Positions 11,801 to 24,199 of a DNA stretch of 64,000 bases are shown here, one piece after another; position 1 is the stretch's first letter, and the number at the start of each line of letters is the position of its first letter. This stretch comes from Azolla caroliniana (Eukaryota; Plantae; Polypodiophyta), in NCBI GenBank assembly GCA_043228905.1, contig JBHGNT010000011.1:8184001-8248000 (forward strand). The letters run 5' to 3'. The translations under genes were made by a program, and so were the position numbers. The notes under the pieces were generated by a model that saw only the letters and a list, made by a program, of their open reading frames with translations, was not told where the DNA came from and did no database searches.

Positions 11801-14800
11801 CATATAGTGCAAGTTGTTCTAGTGTGTCAGCATCGTCTGGCACAATTACACAAATATATATTAACGTTTTTTAAGGGGCCAACATGACCTATGAGGCCAA
11901 TTGAAAGATTCTATGTTAGAATGTTGTCTCATCTTTGGGATTAAAAGAACAAAATAATATAACTAAATGAGAATTGCTTGAGAAATCTGAGAATCTTGAC
12001 AGGTAAGCACTTAATGTCCTCAACTTAGATGGACTGAAACTTTTGCCTTTGAAAGGTCTTCAACAAGGACCGATCAAAGATGGAGAGGTCTCTGAAGTGA
12101 GGAAGGTCTCTTCGTTGTCTAGTGATAGTGGCCTTTATTTGTTAGTGACAAGGGTGGTGGGATCATTGTTAGAGTCTAACTAATTAATTAATCAAAACAT
12201 AATGAATTGTAGACTAAAGAAAGGAAAGAGGGGTGCTAAACCACTCAACCACCCCCTAGCAATGACGTGAGATGGACCCAGACCTCCTCGATGTCCCATA
12301 CCATTGAGGGTTGATGTGAGTTGTACCTTGGGTCTTGCGAGGATCGCACGTGCTTAGTTCACAAGAGCCATAGTCACATTGTCGTAGTCTCAACATAAGT
12401 GAGACATAAGTCAAGGCTCCTTGGATAAGAAGGTAGGTAACCTCGTTACATAGGTAGAAACCTTAGGTTCTGATGTGTTCGTACTTAATAGTTATCCCAC
12501 ACCATAGAATTGAATATTACAATTCATAGCCTCGTTCCTTTCAGAATTAACCCATTGGTACTCATCATAAGATTAGGAAAATCTATAGAAAACCTGGCTC
12601 ATGATCAGTTATGGTTATGCTTTTCCAATGACTATTCGAGGGAAATGTGTTTGATGTGCTTTTCCAACTAAAAGATTGATCAATTAGGCAAGTATACCAT
12701 TATAGTTGAGAACTATAAAAGGTCTACAAACTTATGAGGCTAATTTAGTGCACTTACCCGTAGATAAGGTTTTAAGAGTTTAAAGTATAAATACTATTTG
12801 TCTAAGGTTAAATACACGAGGTTGCCAATGCTTGTTGGCATAAAATCATGCTCTATACTAAGTAATAGTAACTTGTCTCGTGCAATATGAAACATATGTT
12901 TGCATATCTTGTAGTTTATACAATGTATAACTCATGACGGTGAATGTTTGCACCACCTTGAGGCTCGTGGCTAAAATAATACATCAATATAAAGAACTAT
13001 TCTAATCGAGGAGGTTCAGGTCCCTCTCACGTCGTTTCTAGGGGGTGGTCATGAGGTTTGGCACCCCTCTTTCCTTTCAGAATTAACTTACACATACTCA
13101 TCGTAAGATTAGGAAAAAACTACGTAAAACCTATCTCATGATCAATTATCACGTTGTCGTGTTATTCTGCATGCGCAGGAGAAACCAAGGTGGGACTGTG
13201 GGGGCCTTGAACCGGGGAATAACCGAACAGAGGGAGGAGCGACACGAAACCACGACCGAGCCGCGCACACAAATACATAGAGAACTCACAACGAATATCG
13301 AACAACGAATAAGGCAAATATATAGTTATGATCAAGATTACAGCTGGTTAGCCGGTAAGCGTTAACGCTTTGACACCAACTAACACAACGCCCACAGACA
13401 ACGCGAGATGGAGCCTCTGCTAGAAGCACTCGGGCTTTCCACGAAGCAGTGGCAGCCTCCCAAAACCTGCAGAGAACGATGAAAGACAGAGAAGAGCTCG
13501 GTCCTAGTCCGACAACACTTCGTCCTCCACCACGCCCCCCTCACTCTGTCCCCTTTCCTCTCCTTTTATAGCCCAAGGAGAGAGACGTTACAGTCTGTTA
13601 CATCACTTTTATTCCCTGTCCTTTTGGATAGAGATACTCCTCGATTCCCTACCTAATGCATACGCGCTACCTAGGATATTCACATCGCCGACTTGTACCT
13701 AACTATGTACAATACATCAAAACATGTGCCCGCGTGTAAGGGTCGGGTCACGCACACTATTCACCGATTCCTCGTAGGATGGTTTTCTCCACGACATCTG
13801 CCCCCACCTAACCGCGCATCCACTGGTATGCACCAGAATAGCCCTTTGCTGGAGAAGACCGGCCCGCGCTTATCTTTCGTTCTCTGGATCGCCATCCGCT
13901 CTGAACTGGTCGCCGTCGCTATCCATGTCCTCTGGGTTCGGTTAGTCCTCGTGCCACTTCTTGAACGCCTTGTTCCTCTTCCTGGCCACCGGCACAGCTA
14001 TTCTCGTTCCGTTGAGCTCTGCGAGATGGTAGGTGCCGTTGTCATTGGCGCTTGTCACCGCGTAAGGCCCAAACCACCTCGCAAATTTCCGCATCGCCTT
14101 GTGCTGGTTGTCGAGGCTGCTGTCGTAGACCAGAACCCAATCGCTTTCCTCGGTTTTCTTCGGTTGTAATCGGTGAGTTTGGTCGAATCGCCCCTTGTTC
14201 TTTGTCCTTTCCGCATGCAGCTTCGCCGTTGCTTGTTCCACGTCCTCTGGTCTTCGCTCGAGCTGTCGGATTCGCGCTGCTAACAGCTCCTCCCGGCTCA
14301 TCTCGTCTCTCCAGTCCACCGCGGCCCATGAGGAGATCGTTCGCTCCATCGGCATGATCGGTTTTTGCCCGTACATCAGCTCTACCGGCATGAACCCGGT
14401 TATCGAACTGTGCGTAGTTCGGTTTGCCCACAACGCGTTAAGGTAGGAGCCGCGACCAATTCTCGACTTGGCCTTCACATGCTCGTACCAACGCCTTTAC
14501 GATTGGCCCGTGTTTGCGTTCCACCTTCTCGTTTGCCTCCGGATTGTACGCCGTGGTGAGCGAGAGTTTAACCCCTAACCGATCAAACAACTCTTCGGCC
14601 TCTTGTGCATCTAGTTCTCCACGGTCCGCTACGATCTTCCCTACGCACCCATACCGACATACCACCTCTTCGATCACGAACCGGCACACAGCCGCGGTCG
14701 TCTTGTTCGGTAACGCTCGGCCCTCCTCTTAGTTCGTCAGGTCCTCTCGTGCTAGCACCAGGTATCGCATCTGCCCTACACCTATCGACATCGTCACTAG

Positions 14801-17800
14801 ATCCACGATCCACTCGAAGTGGATGGTCGGCGGGTAAGTCGGATGCAGTTTGTCTCGATGTCGGACTATGGAATGCATCTGATAGCTTTCGCGGATGCAG
14901 GTCTCCACGATCTGCTACGATCTTCCCTATGCACCCGTATCGACATATCACCTCTTCGATCACGAACCGGCACATGGCCGCGGTCGTCTTGTTCGGTAAC
15001 GCTCGGCCCTCCTCCTGGTTCGTTAGGTTCTCTCATGCTAGCACCAGGTATCGCATCTGCCCTACACCCATCAACATCGTCACCAGATCCACGATCCACT
15101 TGAAGTGGATGGTCGGCGGGTAAGTCAGATGTAGTTCGTCTCAATGTCGGACTATGGAATGCATCTGACAGCTTTCGCAAGTCGTTACGAACCGATGCCG
15201 TCTCGGTATAGTCCCAACCACAAGTACTTCTCCTGTAGCTTCTCGAACGTGGCCCATGTCCCCCGATGTCTGGCCCAAGGACTCTCGTGGTACGCCGTCA
15301 GCAATGCTTCCTGTTCCTCCTTTCTCGCCACTACCCGGAGTGGGACGCCGTCTCGCTTCTTCGGGTGCTTCCATATGCTTCTGTCCCGTAGGAAGAATCG
15401 GTACGCTTTCTTTCGGATCTGGTTAGCCTTTTCCTTTGTCCACCCCGCGTCCGGCGTCATCGTTTTCAGGAACCCACTGATCTGGAGCCACTCCCCGTCG
15501 TACTTGCTCTCGTCGAACTCGTTAAGCACCGGAGTGCCCCCCTTTCTTGTCGTCACGTAAGCTATCTCGAAGAAGTCCACGCCAACTTCTTCGTCGTTTG
15601 AAACCAAGCCGCCCTTGTCATCAAACCTCGTTCTCGAACCTCGAAAGCATGTCGGCCATGGTGTTGTCCTTCCCGGAGATGTGCCGTATCTCCGGATTCA
15701 GGGACTTCATGTACGCTATCCACCTGAGCATTGCCAGGTTCGGCACCGCGCATCCGGAAACCATACCGAGAATCGGTAGGCAGTCCGTCTCTATTATTAC
15801 CTCTGTCCCTATTAGGTAGTCTTTGTCGGCCTTGACCGCCGAAACGATACCCCAGAGTTCGCGTTTAACTTGGGCGTATCCTTGCTGTCGCTCGCCGAAC
15901 CGGATGGGGAACCTCGTGCCATTCTCATCCTCCTGGTTGATCAGCCATCCGATTCTAGTCGGACTCGTGTCTACGGTTACATGAATCAGAACATGTTTAC
16001 CGTAGACCGCTTTTGGAAGTGTTAGTGCTGCGGCAAGCGCTTCTTTCATTTTCCGGACGGACTCTACATGCTCCCCGCCCCACTTGAACTTGCGCCCTTT
16101 TTTCAACAACCCGTAGAGTGGTTCCGCGATATGGGTGTAATGTGGGATCCAGATGTGGTAGAAGGCGCAAGCTCCCAAGAACCTCCGAACTTCTATAACT
16201 GCCCTGTAGTCTCCCTTCATTGCGGAGATAGCTTCCACCTTAGTCGGAGACGGTTTCCGGCCATAAGGCCCACACAGGTGTCCAACGATCATGATTTTCG
16301 ATTGTCCGAAACCCGATTTCTCCCCGGAGAAGGTGAGCTGCGTGCCTTCCAGCTTTTGTAGCACCTTCTCGCAGTCTCCGATGTGATCCGAGACGAATTT
16401 TTGACACCCGTCCGATCCGATTGTTTTGTCCTTATCCTCCACCGGACTTCCCTTGATCGGAATGTCATCCAAAAACGGCATGGTGATGTCCGGGATGCAG
16501 TCCCTTAGCACCTTATTCATCGGATTCACCATGTGCGCTACCGAGTTTGTTCCCCCTTGCGGAAGGGTACACATCCGCACTAGGTCGAGAGGAGTCCGCA
16601 TTGTCGTAATATCCTTGCTCTCTACGGCTAGTTGGAATTGGTCGTACCCCGAGTACAGATCCCCAATTGAGTAAATCGACCTTCCGTTGAAGGCCTTCGT
16701 GAACTTGTCAATGGTCGGTCCGATTCCTACGTTCCAAATGGTCACCCTGTTGACCGGCTGCAAGTCCTGAATAAAGCGCAACGTGCCGTTCTTCTTTGGC
16801 ACGGTAAACCACCGATTCGAGTATGGGGCACTTGACGGTTCGAGGATGCCCATCTCCACCTTCTGCTTCAACAGTTCCATCAGCTTCGGGATGTGAGCTC
16901 TGGGTATTGGAATTGGTTTGAGATTCCACGACACATGTGGTACCGTGAAGATAACCATCGGCTCAACAACTGTCGGGTCTACGCACCTGATCTCTTCCGA
17001 CGAGAATGCGAAGACCTTCCCGTGCCTCCCGAGCATTCTTTGAAACCGTTCCTCCTGCGCCGGCAGTAGAAAGCCACCCCCACCAACCTTGCGCTCCCGT
17101 AGCGTTATGTTGGTGAACCAGTGTCCTATGCCGGCCGGATCTCGTAGACTTGGGTTCGACGCGACCCCTTTCATCCGTAACTCGTTGCCCTCCGGCAAGG
17201 GTGCCGCGACTGGCCTCACCTTCCGGTCCGCAGTCTTGTACTTCGTATGCACATGGACCGTCTGATCCAACTCGACCCTCTCCCCGAAGTCGGCGATGAC
17301 TTCGTACATCATTTCCAAACTAACCGGAATGGTCCGGTCTTCGTTGGGGCCTTCTTCGAACACCTTCTTTAAGTCCCCCAAGGTGTCGTTGAAAGAGACC
17401 GCCTCCACGGCTCCACCAATCTCATCATTGGGGCCTAGGACTCCGCAGGCCCTGAGATGTTCCACCGTCCGTTTCTTCTCCCGACCGCTAATGTCGGGTA
17501 TCGTACAACCTCCGTTGTCGGAGAACCAAAATTTCCTATCTATAGTACAGGGTTTCCTTCCTATGGTACACGTTTGGGATTTTTCCAGGGTGTTCGGACT
17601 ACTGCGGCCCCACGCCTTGATAGCCCTCTCTAAAAATTCCCTCGGCTTTCGCCGCCGAGGGTCTCGCGGTTGCGCTCGTGGTTCAGTCGCATCGTCAGAA
17701 ATTGGACGGAGTGTCGCCCATCTTGGCTCTTCACGCGTACATAAGTTGAACCGTTATCCAGCACCTTCATCTCCATGCATGTTGCCGTAATGTATGATTC

Positions 17801-20800
17801 TCTGAGTATCAGCGGGTGCGAGAATGTCTCCTGCACGAAGAAGTGCTGGTCAATCTCGACATCACCGATTTTGACCCGTACATTTGGGCAGGTCCCGTGT
17901 AGATCCTCCGTGGCGCGCGTCGCCGCTCGTACTTTCCGCCTGTGCGTGGTGTTGATCGGCCACTTGCCCTTCTTGTAGAAGTCCATAGACATCAGGTTGA
18001 TCTCCGAATTGTGGTCTACCAACGCTACCACCAGCTCCTGGACGTCTCCGATCCGAACGGGGGTCTCTGTAGTGGCTCTAGCCCAATGCAGCCTCGAATA
18101 GTGGCTTTTTGCCAACTCGTCCTCCAGGGCCATATCTTCCAGGTGCGTCGTTCGCACCTCCACCGGCTTCTCCGGCTTTGGCTCCGGCTTCGTCGAAAGC
18201 CGTTTCCTCTTCACCAAGTCCACGATGGAGTCGTGGAACTCCTTGGCGATCCCGAGCACTTCCCTTAACGACAGTTCCACCTTGCTGTCGAGGATTCGTT
18301 CCTCTAGGACCTTTTGCAGATTCGTCGTCCTTTCTATCTCGGTGCTCAGCCGATAACCGGCCTTCTTTGTCTTGTTTGGTGCGCCGGTGGTATCAACGTC
18401 ATTCTTCTTTGACCCGAACCGGGTCTCGTACCGCTGCGAGGGTCTGGCCCCTCCGGCTTTTCCCGCACGCTTGTCCTCTACCAGAACCTTGTAGTTCTGG
18501 CACGCGGCTTCAACGAAGTTGGTCTTTTCCTCGACCGAGTCGTCCCACCCGGTGACCTCCCGGACCCGCCTTTCCGCGCGGTTCGCTTCCTCCTTCCTCA
18601 GCCGCATGCCGGCGAGGCCTTCTAGCACCAACGGCCAGAACCCGGAGTCCTTCGTCCTCCGGCCTTCGTCACTCCCGACCCGGATTCCTGCCAACACCGA
18701 GTAGTGGATGGTCTCCGCATGGCGCGCCGACCGGGTTGTCCCACCCGGTGACCTCCCGGACCCGCCTTTCCGCGTGGTCTGCTTCCTCCTTCCTCAGATG
18801 CATGCTGGCGAGGCCTTCTAGCACCAACGGCCAGAACCCGGAGTCCTTCGTCCTCCGGCCTTCGTCACTCCCGACCCGGATTCTTGCCAACACCGAGTAG
18901 TGGATGGTCTCCGCATGGCGCGCTGACCGGGTTGTCCCACCCGGTGACCTCCCGGACCCGCCTTTCCGCGTGGTCTGCTTCCTCCTTCCTCAGATGCATG
19001 CTGGCGAGGCCTTCTAGCACCAACGGCCAGAACCCGGAGTCCTTCGTCCTCCGGCCTTTGTCACTCTCGACTCAGATTCCTGCTGATGTCGAGTAGTGGA
19101 TGGTCTCCGCATGGCGCGCCGCCGCTTCGTCCATCAGCCGCTTCATTCCTCTGCATCCGATGTTCAACTCCAGGGCTCTCCGGGGCTCACTAGCATGCAC
19201 CTGCCTGTTCCACAAGTACACCACGTAGCCCTGAGCGCTTCCGCGAAATCCTCGTAGTCCTTTCGGATGTGACCGACCGCGTCACACAAGCACCGATGCC
19301 CAGCCGGAGGCCTTCAGTCGTGAGGCCGCTCGCCGCCGTCCCTCCTTGCCTGTGCAATTTGGAGGTCTCGTACCATCTGCGTCAGCTCTTCTAGAGCCGC
19401 TCCTCCGGACGGGCCTTTGACCACACTGGTCGATGTTGAGCCTATCTCGAGCCAATCTTGGGTTTCCTCCCTTAGCACCGGCGGGGTCCCTCGAGCTTTC
19501 TTGCCGCAACAGATCCCGCCCCTGATGAGCCCTTGTCGCCCCACTCACGCCGTCGGTCGAAATGGCCGCACACTCTTTTCACCACGGCCCAATCGGTCGT
19601 CAGGCCGTCGTCTGTCTCCAGCAAGAGACCCACTTGCTCTTTTCACCACGGCCCAATCGGTCGTTAGGCCGTCGTCTGTCTCCAGCAAGAGACCCACTTG
19701 CTCCCGGTCCCACACGTCCACAGCCTTTACGAACAACGGAACCCGGTTCGTATCTAGTATGGTCTTGTCCAGTGTCGAGAGCTGTGCAAAGCGTTCCTCA
19801 AACTCCCGGAGGAGCACCGACGTGTTTCTCCCCTTTTCGGGTGTCTCCACCCATTCCATGAAGTCCCGCTTCGATAGCCGATGCGCGTCATCAAGCCTGT
19901 ACTTCTCCAGGAGTTGACCTTTGAATTCTTCCCAGGTCCGGCACTCAACCCGCACCTCGAGCACGTCCGTATGGATGCCCGACATTGCCACCCGAGGGAA
20001 TCCGGCCAGCCGCCTGTCCTCTAGAATGTCCCTGATTACCATTTCGGCTCGGTAGGCCTCCAGATAGCTTGTGGCGTCCTTCCCACCGAACCGGCCTATT
20101 GTACCAACAATCGCTTTGATGGCCCTGTCGAGGGCGCCTGTACCCTCACGTGCACTCACTATCCAATCAACAGCAAAAGCCATGGCTTCGGCAAGCTCCG
20201 ATCCCCTCATCTTTCGATTCCTCTACCGCCTTGTTTCACGTCGGGTTCACCAAATAATGTCTTGTTATTCTGCACGTGCAGGAGAAACCAAGGCGGGACC
20301 GTGGGGGCCCTGAACCGGGGAATACCCGAACAGAGGGTGGAGCGACATGAAACCACGGCCGAGCCGTGCACACAAATAAATACATAGAGAATTCACAATG
20401 AAGATCAAACAACGAATAAGGCAAATATATAGTTATGATCAAGATTACAGCTGGCTAGCCGGTAAGCGTCAACGCGTTGACACCAACTCACACAACGCAC
20501 ACAGACAACGCGAGATGGAGCCTCTGCTGGAAGCACTCGGACTTTCCACGAAGCAGTGGCAGCCTCCTAAAACCTGCAGAGAACGATGAAAGACAGAGGA
20601 GAAGAGCTCGGTCCCAGTCCAACAGCACTTCGTCCTCCACCACGCCCCCCTCACTCAGTCCCCTTTCCTCTCCTTTTATAGCCCAATGAGAGAGAGACGT
20701 TACAGTCTGTTACATCACTTTTATTCTCTGTCCTTTTGGATAGAGATACTCCTCGATCCCTACCTAATGCATACGTGCTACCTAGGATATTCACATCGCC

Positions 20801-23171
20801 GACCTGTACCTAACTATGTACAATACATCAAAACATGTGCCCGCGTGTAAGGGTCGGGTCACGCTATTCACCGATTCCTCTTAGGGACGGTTTTCTCCAT
20901 GACAACGTCGTTGCTAGGGGGTGGTCAGGTGGTTTGGCACTCATCTTTCCTCTCAGAATTAACCCACACTGTTAGAGATTATTCCTAATGTAAGCATGAA
21001 ATAAAGAAATAAATGATAGGTAGATAAGAGAAAGAGAGAGAAAGAAGGGTGTCCATCCACCCGACCACCCCTGAGTGAAGGAATTGAGATGGACTCGAGC
21101 CATGATTGGCGTCCCATGCCTCGGTGTCCCATACCACCGCCATGGCATTGAATCGTACCTAGTATTGGCACCGTTGCCACAAGATTTTGTTCACCACAAG
21201 ATTACAGTCTCAACGTAGTTGAAAAAGGTGTCTAATGAGGGTAGCAAGACCTCATATTTATAGCCAGACCTAAGGCCCCCAGGCAAGTTCACTCTTGGCC
21301 CTTATGGGTTGTCTCAATTCCTAGAGGATTAAAAGTAATCCTCCCTTCTTTACACTCTTAATTAACCCTCGCACTTTATCCTCGTGTATAGAATACTACG
21401 ATACAACTTACCACGGGATAAGTTCACCACAAGATTACAGTCTCAACTTAGTTGAATAGGTGTCTAATGAGGGTACCAAGGCCTCATATTTATAGCCAGA
21501 CCTAAGGCCCCCAAGCAAGTTCACTCTTGGCCCTTATGGGTTGTCTCAATTCCTAGGATTAAAAGTAATCCTCCCTTCGTTACACTCTTAATTAACCCTC
21601 ATACTTTATCCTCGTGTATAGAATACTACGATACGACTTACCATGGGATAAATTATGGTGACATGTGTACTCATCATAAGCTTAGGAAAAACTACGGAAA
21701 ACCTATCTCATGAGCAGTTATGGTTATGCATGTAACAATCATGTTTGTGATCTAATGGATGTGGTATAACTACGCAACAAATGAAGGTCATCGTAACCCC
21801 TTCTGATTATTGTGGACAATCCAAGCTATATTGGATGGGGGGAGTGCATTTATATTTATGTCACTTGATTGGAACCATTCTTTCATTTTAGCATCCAACA
21901 ATAATTATCTCCATGTTTAAACAGCTGGTTTAATGACATAAGTGTCAATCTTTGAGTATTTTTGCTTTGAGATCTCCCAAGTCCCGTGGATACTGCACTG
22001 ATAGGAATATTGACTTGGCCATTATTGGGATTGTGCAAATTTCCACCTACATTATATCGTGGGTACTCATGTATTTCTCCTTATCATGTGGGCAATTAGT
22101 GAGAGTAAAGATCCCTCTTAATCTGTCCAAATATATGCCCTATGAAGGCTGCTTCATCAAGTTTCTATTCCATAGAGAAGAGTCGGTTTTATTAGTGTAT
22201 CAATCAACCACAACTTACTTTGCAGTTCTTGGAACTATATGTGCATATTCATCTTTCAAGGGCACCAAAGGTAGGTGAGATACTATTGAATAAAACTGAC
22301 AGGCATCTATTGCCATAGAGGGCCTATTGAAGTCATTATTAAACATTGTGCCAAAGTAGTCGCCAGTTCTGGACACAGTTTATGAGAGATATTCACGTAT
22401 GCTAGAATGCAAAAAGTTCAGGAGTCACGTTCACATGGCATGCCTTCATTTATTACCAAAGGCAAAGTAAGAATACAAAAAGAAAGTAAATGCTAATAGA
22501 ATAAATAAGCTGGTTAGGAAGGTGATTTGGCCAGGTGTTTCCACCAAGATTGCCTCCTTTTTTGTCTCCTATACGCCTAGCCCTTAGTCTTGTGTGCCTT
22601 CATTCATAAACATGACGTAAAGACACAATAGTAACACAACTTGCATTTTAAATTTGATTGATCTTTTTTGGCCCTTTGAAGGTTTGTTTAGGTGTGCATT
22701 TATTTGTCTTGATTGTAGGTTGAATTCAGGGAACTTGTGTGGGAGACAGCAACAGAGGATGAAGTCAAGAGCTTTGATGCAGATATAATGTGTGTCATTG
22801 TTTACCAAGTTCTCTTCATATTTTCTGGATCTGTATGGCTTACTGAAAGTTAAATTATCTCTTGCAGAATTGGTGCTGATGTTATTTATAATCCTGTCTG
22901 TGTACCTCATCTTATCCGATTGTTGTCATGGTTTCTTTTGAAGCACAGACAAGATGGAGATCCATCAGGAGTTTCTGAGTCAATGCCTATTGCTTTCATT
23001 GCAACAGTTATTAGGAACGTAGAGACATTAAACATGTTCATATCATTGGCACATTTAAGCGGGCTTGTTGTCGAGGATATACCAGAATCTATGAGACCGC
23101 CTGTTCTTTTGCCTCAGCTAACCGACATTGACAGGTCTAGAATCTGTCTGCATAAACTCAAGCGCAAGTGA
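8528..23171 (+). CDS. EEF2KMT: Protein-lysine N-methyltransferase EEF2KMT/FAM86A-like, 9 exons, about 368 aa
   Basis: Exons 8528-8619, 8712-8781, 8904-9044, 9458-9648, 9818-9902, 9976-10032, 11509-11604, 22719-22789 and 22868-23171. All introns are GT-AG with consistent phase (1107 nt total). FAM86-type N-terminus (LAMEPP..., FPPSKAYVHNLLK) and Methyltransf_16 motifs TGCYVWPAGLFL, LEVGTGAGL, VIATDG, DIIIGADVIY. Confidence 0.9.
8712..8781 (+). CDS. EEF2KMT: EEF2KMT-like exon 2
   Basis: CAG| ASGNGHITQKVQAFLYDSCLNHS |GTAAGT. Confidence 0.85.
8904..9044 (+). CDS. EEF2KMT: EEF2KMT-like exon 3
   Basis: TTTTCAG| IARKFPPSKAYVHNLLKHVILAAEGEGEEVMDVLY... |GTAAAC. Confidence 0.85.
9458..9648 (+). CDS. 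EEF2KMT: EEF2KMT-like exon 4
   Basis: TGCAG| KYRGEE...CYKSYLY...LRVSSNMLEGSTG |GTACAT. Confidence 0.85.
9818..9902 (+). CDS. EEF2KMT: EEF2KMT-like exon 5
   Basis: TAG| CYVWPAGLFLSEFLLANPHIFTGQCCLE |GTATGC. Confidence 0.9.
9976..10032 (+). CDS. EEF2KMT: EEF2KMT-like exon 6 (SAM-binding motif I)
   Basis: TGCAG| VGTGAGLSSLCLAQLKASK |GTTTAC. Confidence 0.9.
10494..10587. repeat. Intronic inverted repeat (40-bp arms, 14-nt loop) within a local tandem duplication
   Basis: Arm 10494-10533 is the reverse complement of 10548-10587 with 2 mismatches. Confidence 0.85.
11509..11604 (+). CDS. EEF2KMT: EEF2KMT-like exon 7
   Basis: TGCAG| VIATDGNPSAMANLKHNFLINGILKNEHQNAK |GTAAGC. Confidence 0.9.
13155..13796 (-). 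repeat. 3' LTR of gypsy A
   Basis: Direct repeat of 20258-20904 with TGTCGT...ACGACA ends. Confidence 0.9.
13942..17620 (-). pseudogene. Gypsy A pol (RT, RNase H, integrase), fragmented
   Basis: ORFs 15621-17465 (RT/RH), 15185-15607, 14438-14975 and 13942-14478 (integrase with GPY motif WFGPY). Confidence 0.9.
17630..20210 (-). pseudogene. Gypsy A gag-protease, disrupted by internal tandem duplications
   Basis: ORFs 19545-20210 and 17630-18697; protease motif ALVDHNSEINLM. Confidence 0.85.
20235..20252 (-). promoter_or_regulatory. Primer binding site complementary to tRNA-Trp
   Basis: The plus strand reads TTCACGTCGGGTTCACCA, matching the 3' end of plant cytosolic tRNA-Trp plus CCA as I recall it. 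Confidence 0.8.
20258..20904 (-). repeat. 5' LTR of gypsy A
   Basis: Direct repeat of 13155-13796. Confidence 0.9.
20970..21663. repeat. Degenerate solo-LTR-like insert with an internal tandem duplication of about 230 bp
   Basis: TGTTAG...GTGACA ends; 21189-21420 is repeated at about 21422-21650; no clean TSD. Confidence 0.45.
22719..22789 (+). CDS. EEF2KMT: EEF2KMT-like exon 8
   Basis: TGTAG| VEFRELVWETATEDEVKSFDADI |GTGTGT. Confidence 0.85.
22868..23171 (+). CDS. EEF2KMT: EEF2KMT-like exon 9 (terminal)
   Basis: TGCAG| IGADVIYNPVCVPHLIRLL...IAFIATVIRNVETLNMF...RK stop. Confidence 0.9.
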
Positions 23172-24199
23172 TCCATGGATTTTAGAATTTTTGGATTTTA
23201 TCAACAGAGTTCTCCTATAATATAGTTATCTGGTTAAATTTTATTTGGCTATTGAAATTTGATCATGATGCTCCTTATTTGTCAGTCTGCTTTCTTGCAT
23301 TTGTATTAATGTTTTTCATGTGTATCTGTTTCTATGGATTTATGACCATGTATCATGACTTCCCAAGTGATTTTAACTGATGTGCGGTGCGTGAAGGTTT
23401 GCATCTTCATTGCTCATGAGCTCAAGGAATACTAGATTGTCCTTGAGATTTGGGTCATGATTTGTATATGACACAGCACCTTGTGGTAAGACCTATAAAA
23501 AAGATATTATTGGAGAATGCTTGATTAGATAGTTGATCCTGATTAGTAATTGTATCAGCTGCTCCTAGGTTATGCGTATTTCCACCTAGATACAGTTCTA
23601 GTCTTAAGTAGCAGTCTTGCTGCTTTCATGGGGAATCAATTGAAAAATCCTTTGTATGATACTATAATCCCATATTTTAATCACTCTGTATTTGCAAGCC
23701 TTATGATTGACATTCATTTGCCATTAGGGGAGCTGTCGTGGGAGACCCAATACATCTTCATGTAGAACCTAACAATGTCATTATCATGTTTTTGACCTTG
23801 AGGCGTGCACCTTGCTTGTCAGCCAATGAAGGTGGGCCATTTAAGGAAAGTAGATTAATTATTGACATTTTCCCACCATGGACATGTCAAGCTGATCTCA
23901 TGGTAAGCCCAAATGCTCTCATAAGATTTTTTGTGATGAAGAAGGTAACAATGTCATTATGAGGTTTTTGACCTCGTACCATATCCTCCATTGAAGGTGG
24001 AACATTTAAGGTAGTATGCTCCCATTTCTTGTACATTTAAACCTATTTAAAAAACAAGAATAAACCTGAAATTATAGCAAGTGCTATTTATAATATAACA
24101 AAAGTAGACCAATTATCGATTTTGGCCCCCTTGGACAAGTCAAGATGATCTCATGGTAAGCCTAATGCCCTCGTAGATTTCTTGCGACGAAGAAGGGAA

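Larger units (their letters stand above)
13155..20904 (-). mobile_element. Ty3/gypsy element A (non-chromovirus-like, tRNA-Trp primed), full length but decayed, in intron 7
   Basis: LTRs 13155-13796 and 20258-20904, TSD ACGT on both sides, PBS 20235-20252, PPT next to 13797. Domain order gag-PR-RT-RH-INT; RT motifs DLYSGYDQF and MPFLDDIPIKG. Confidence 0.93.

Noticed and set aside
13693-20313. Many plus-strand ORFs overlapping gypsy A, and antisense ORFs over the other retroelements
   Set aside because: They are shadow ORFs of GC-rich gag-pol sequence with no recognisable domains.
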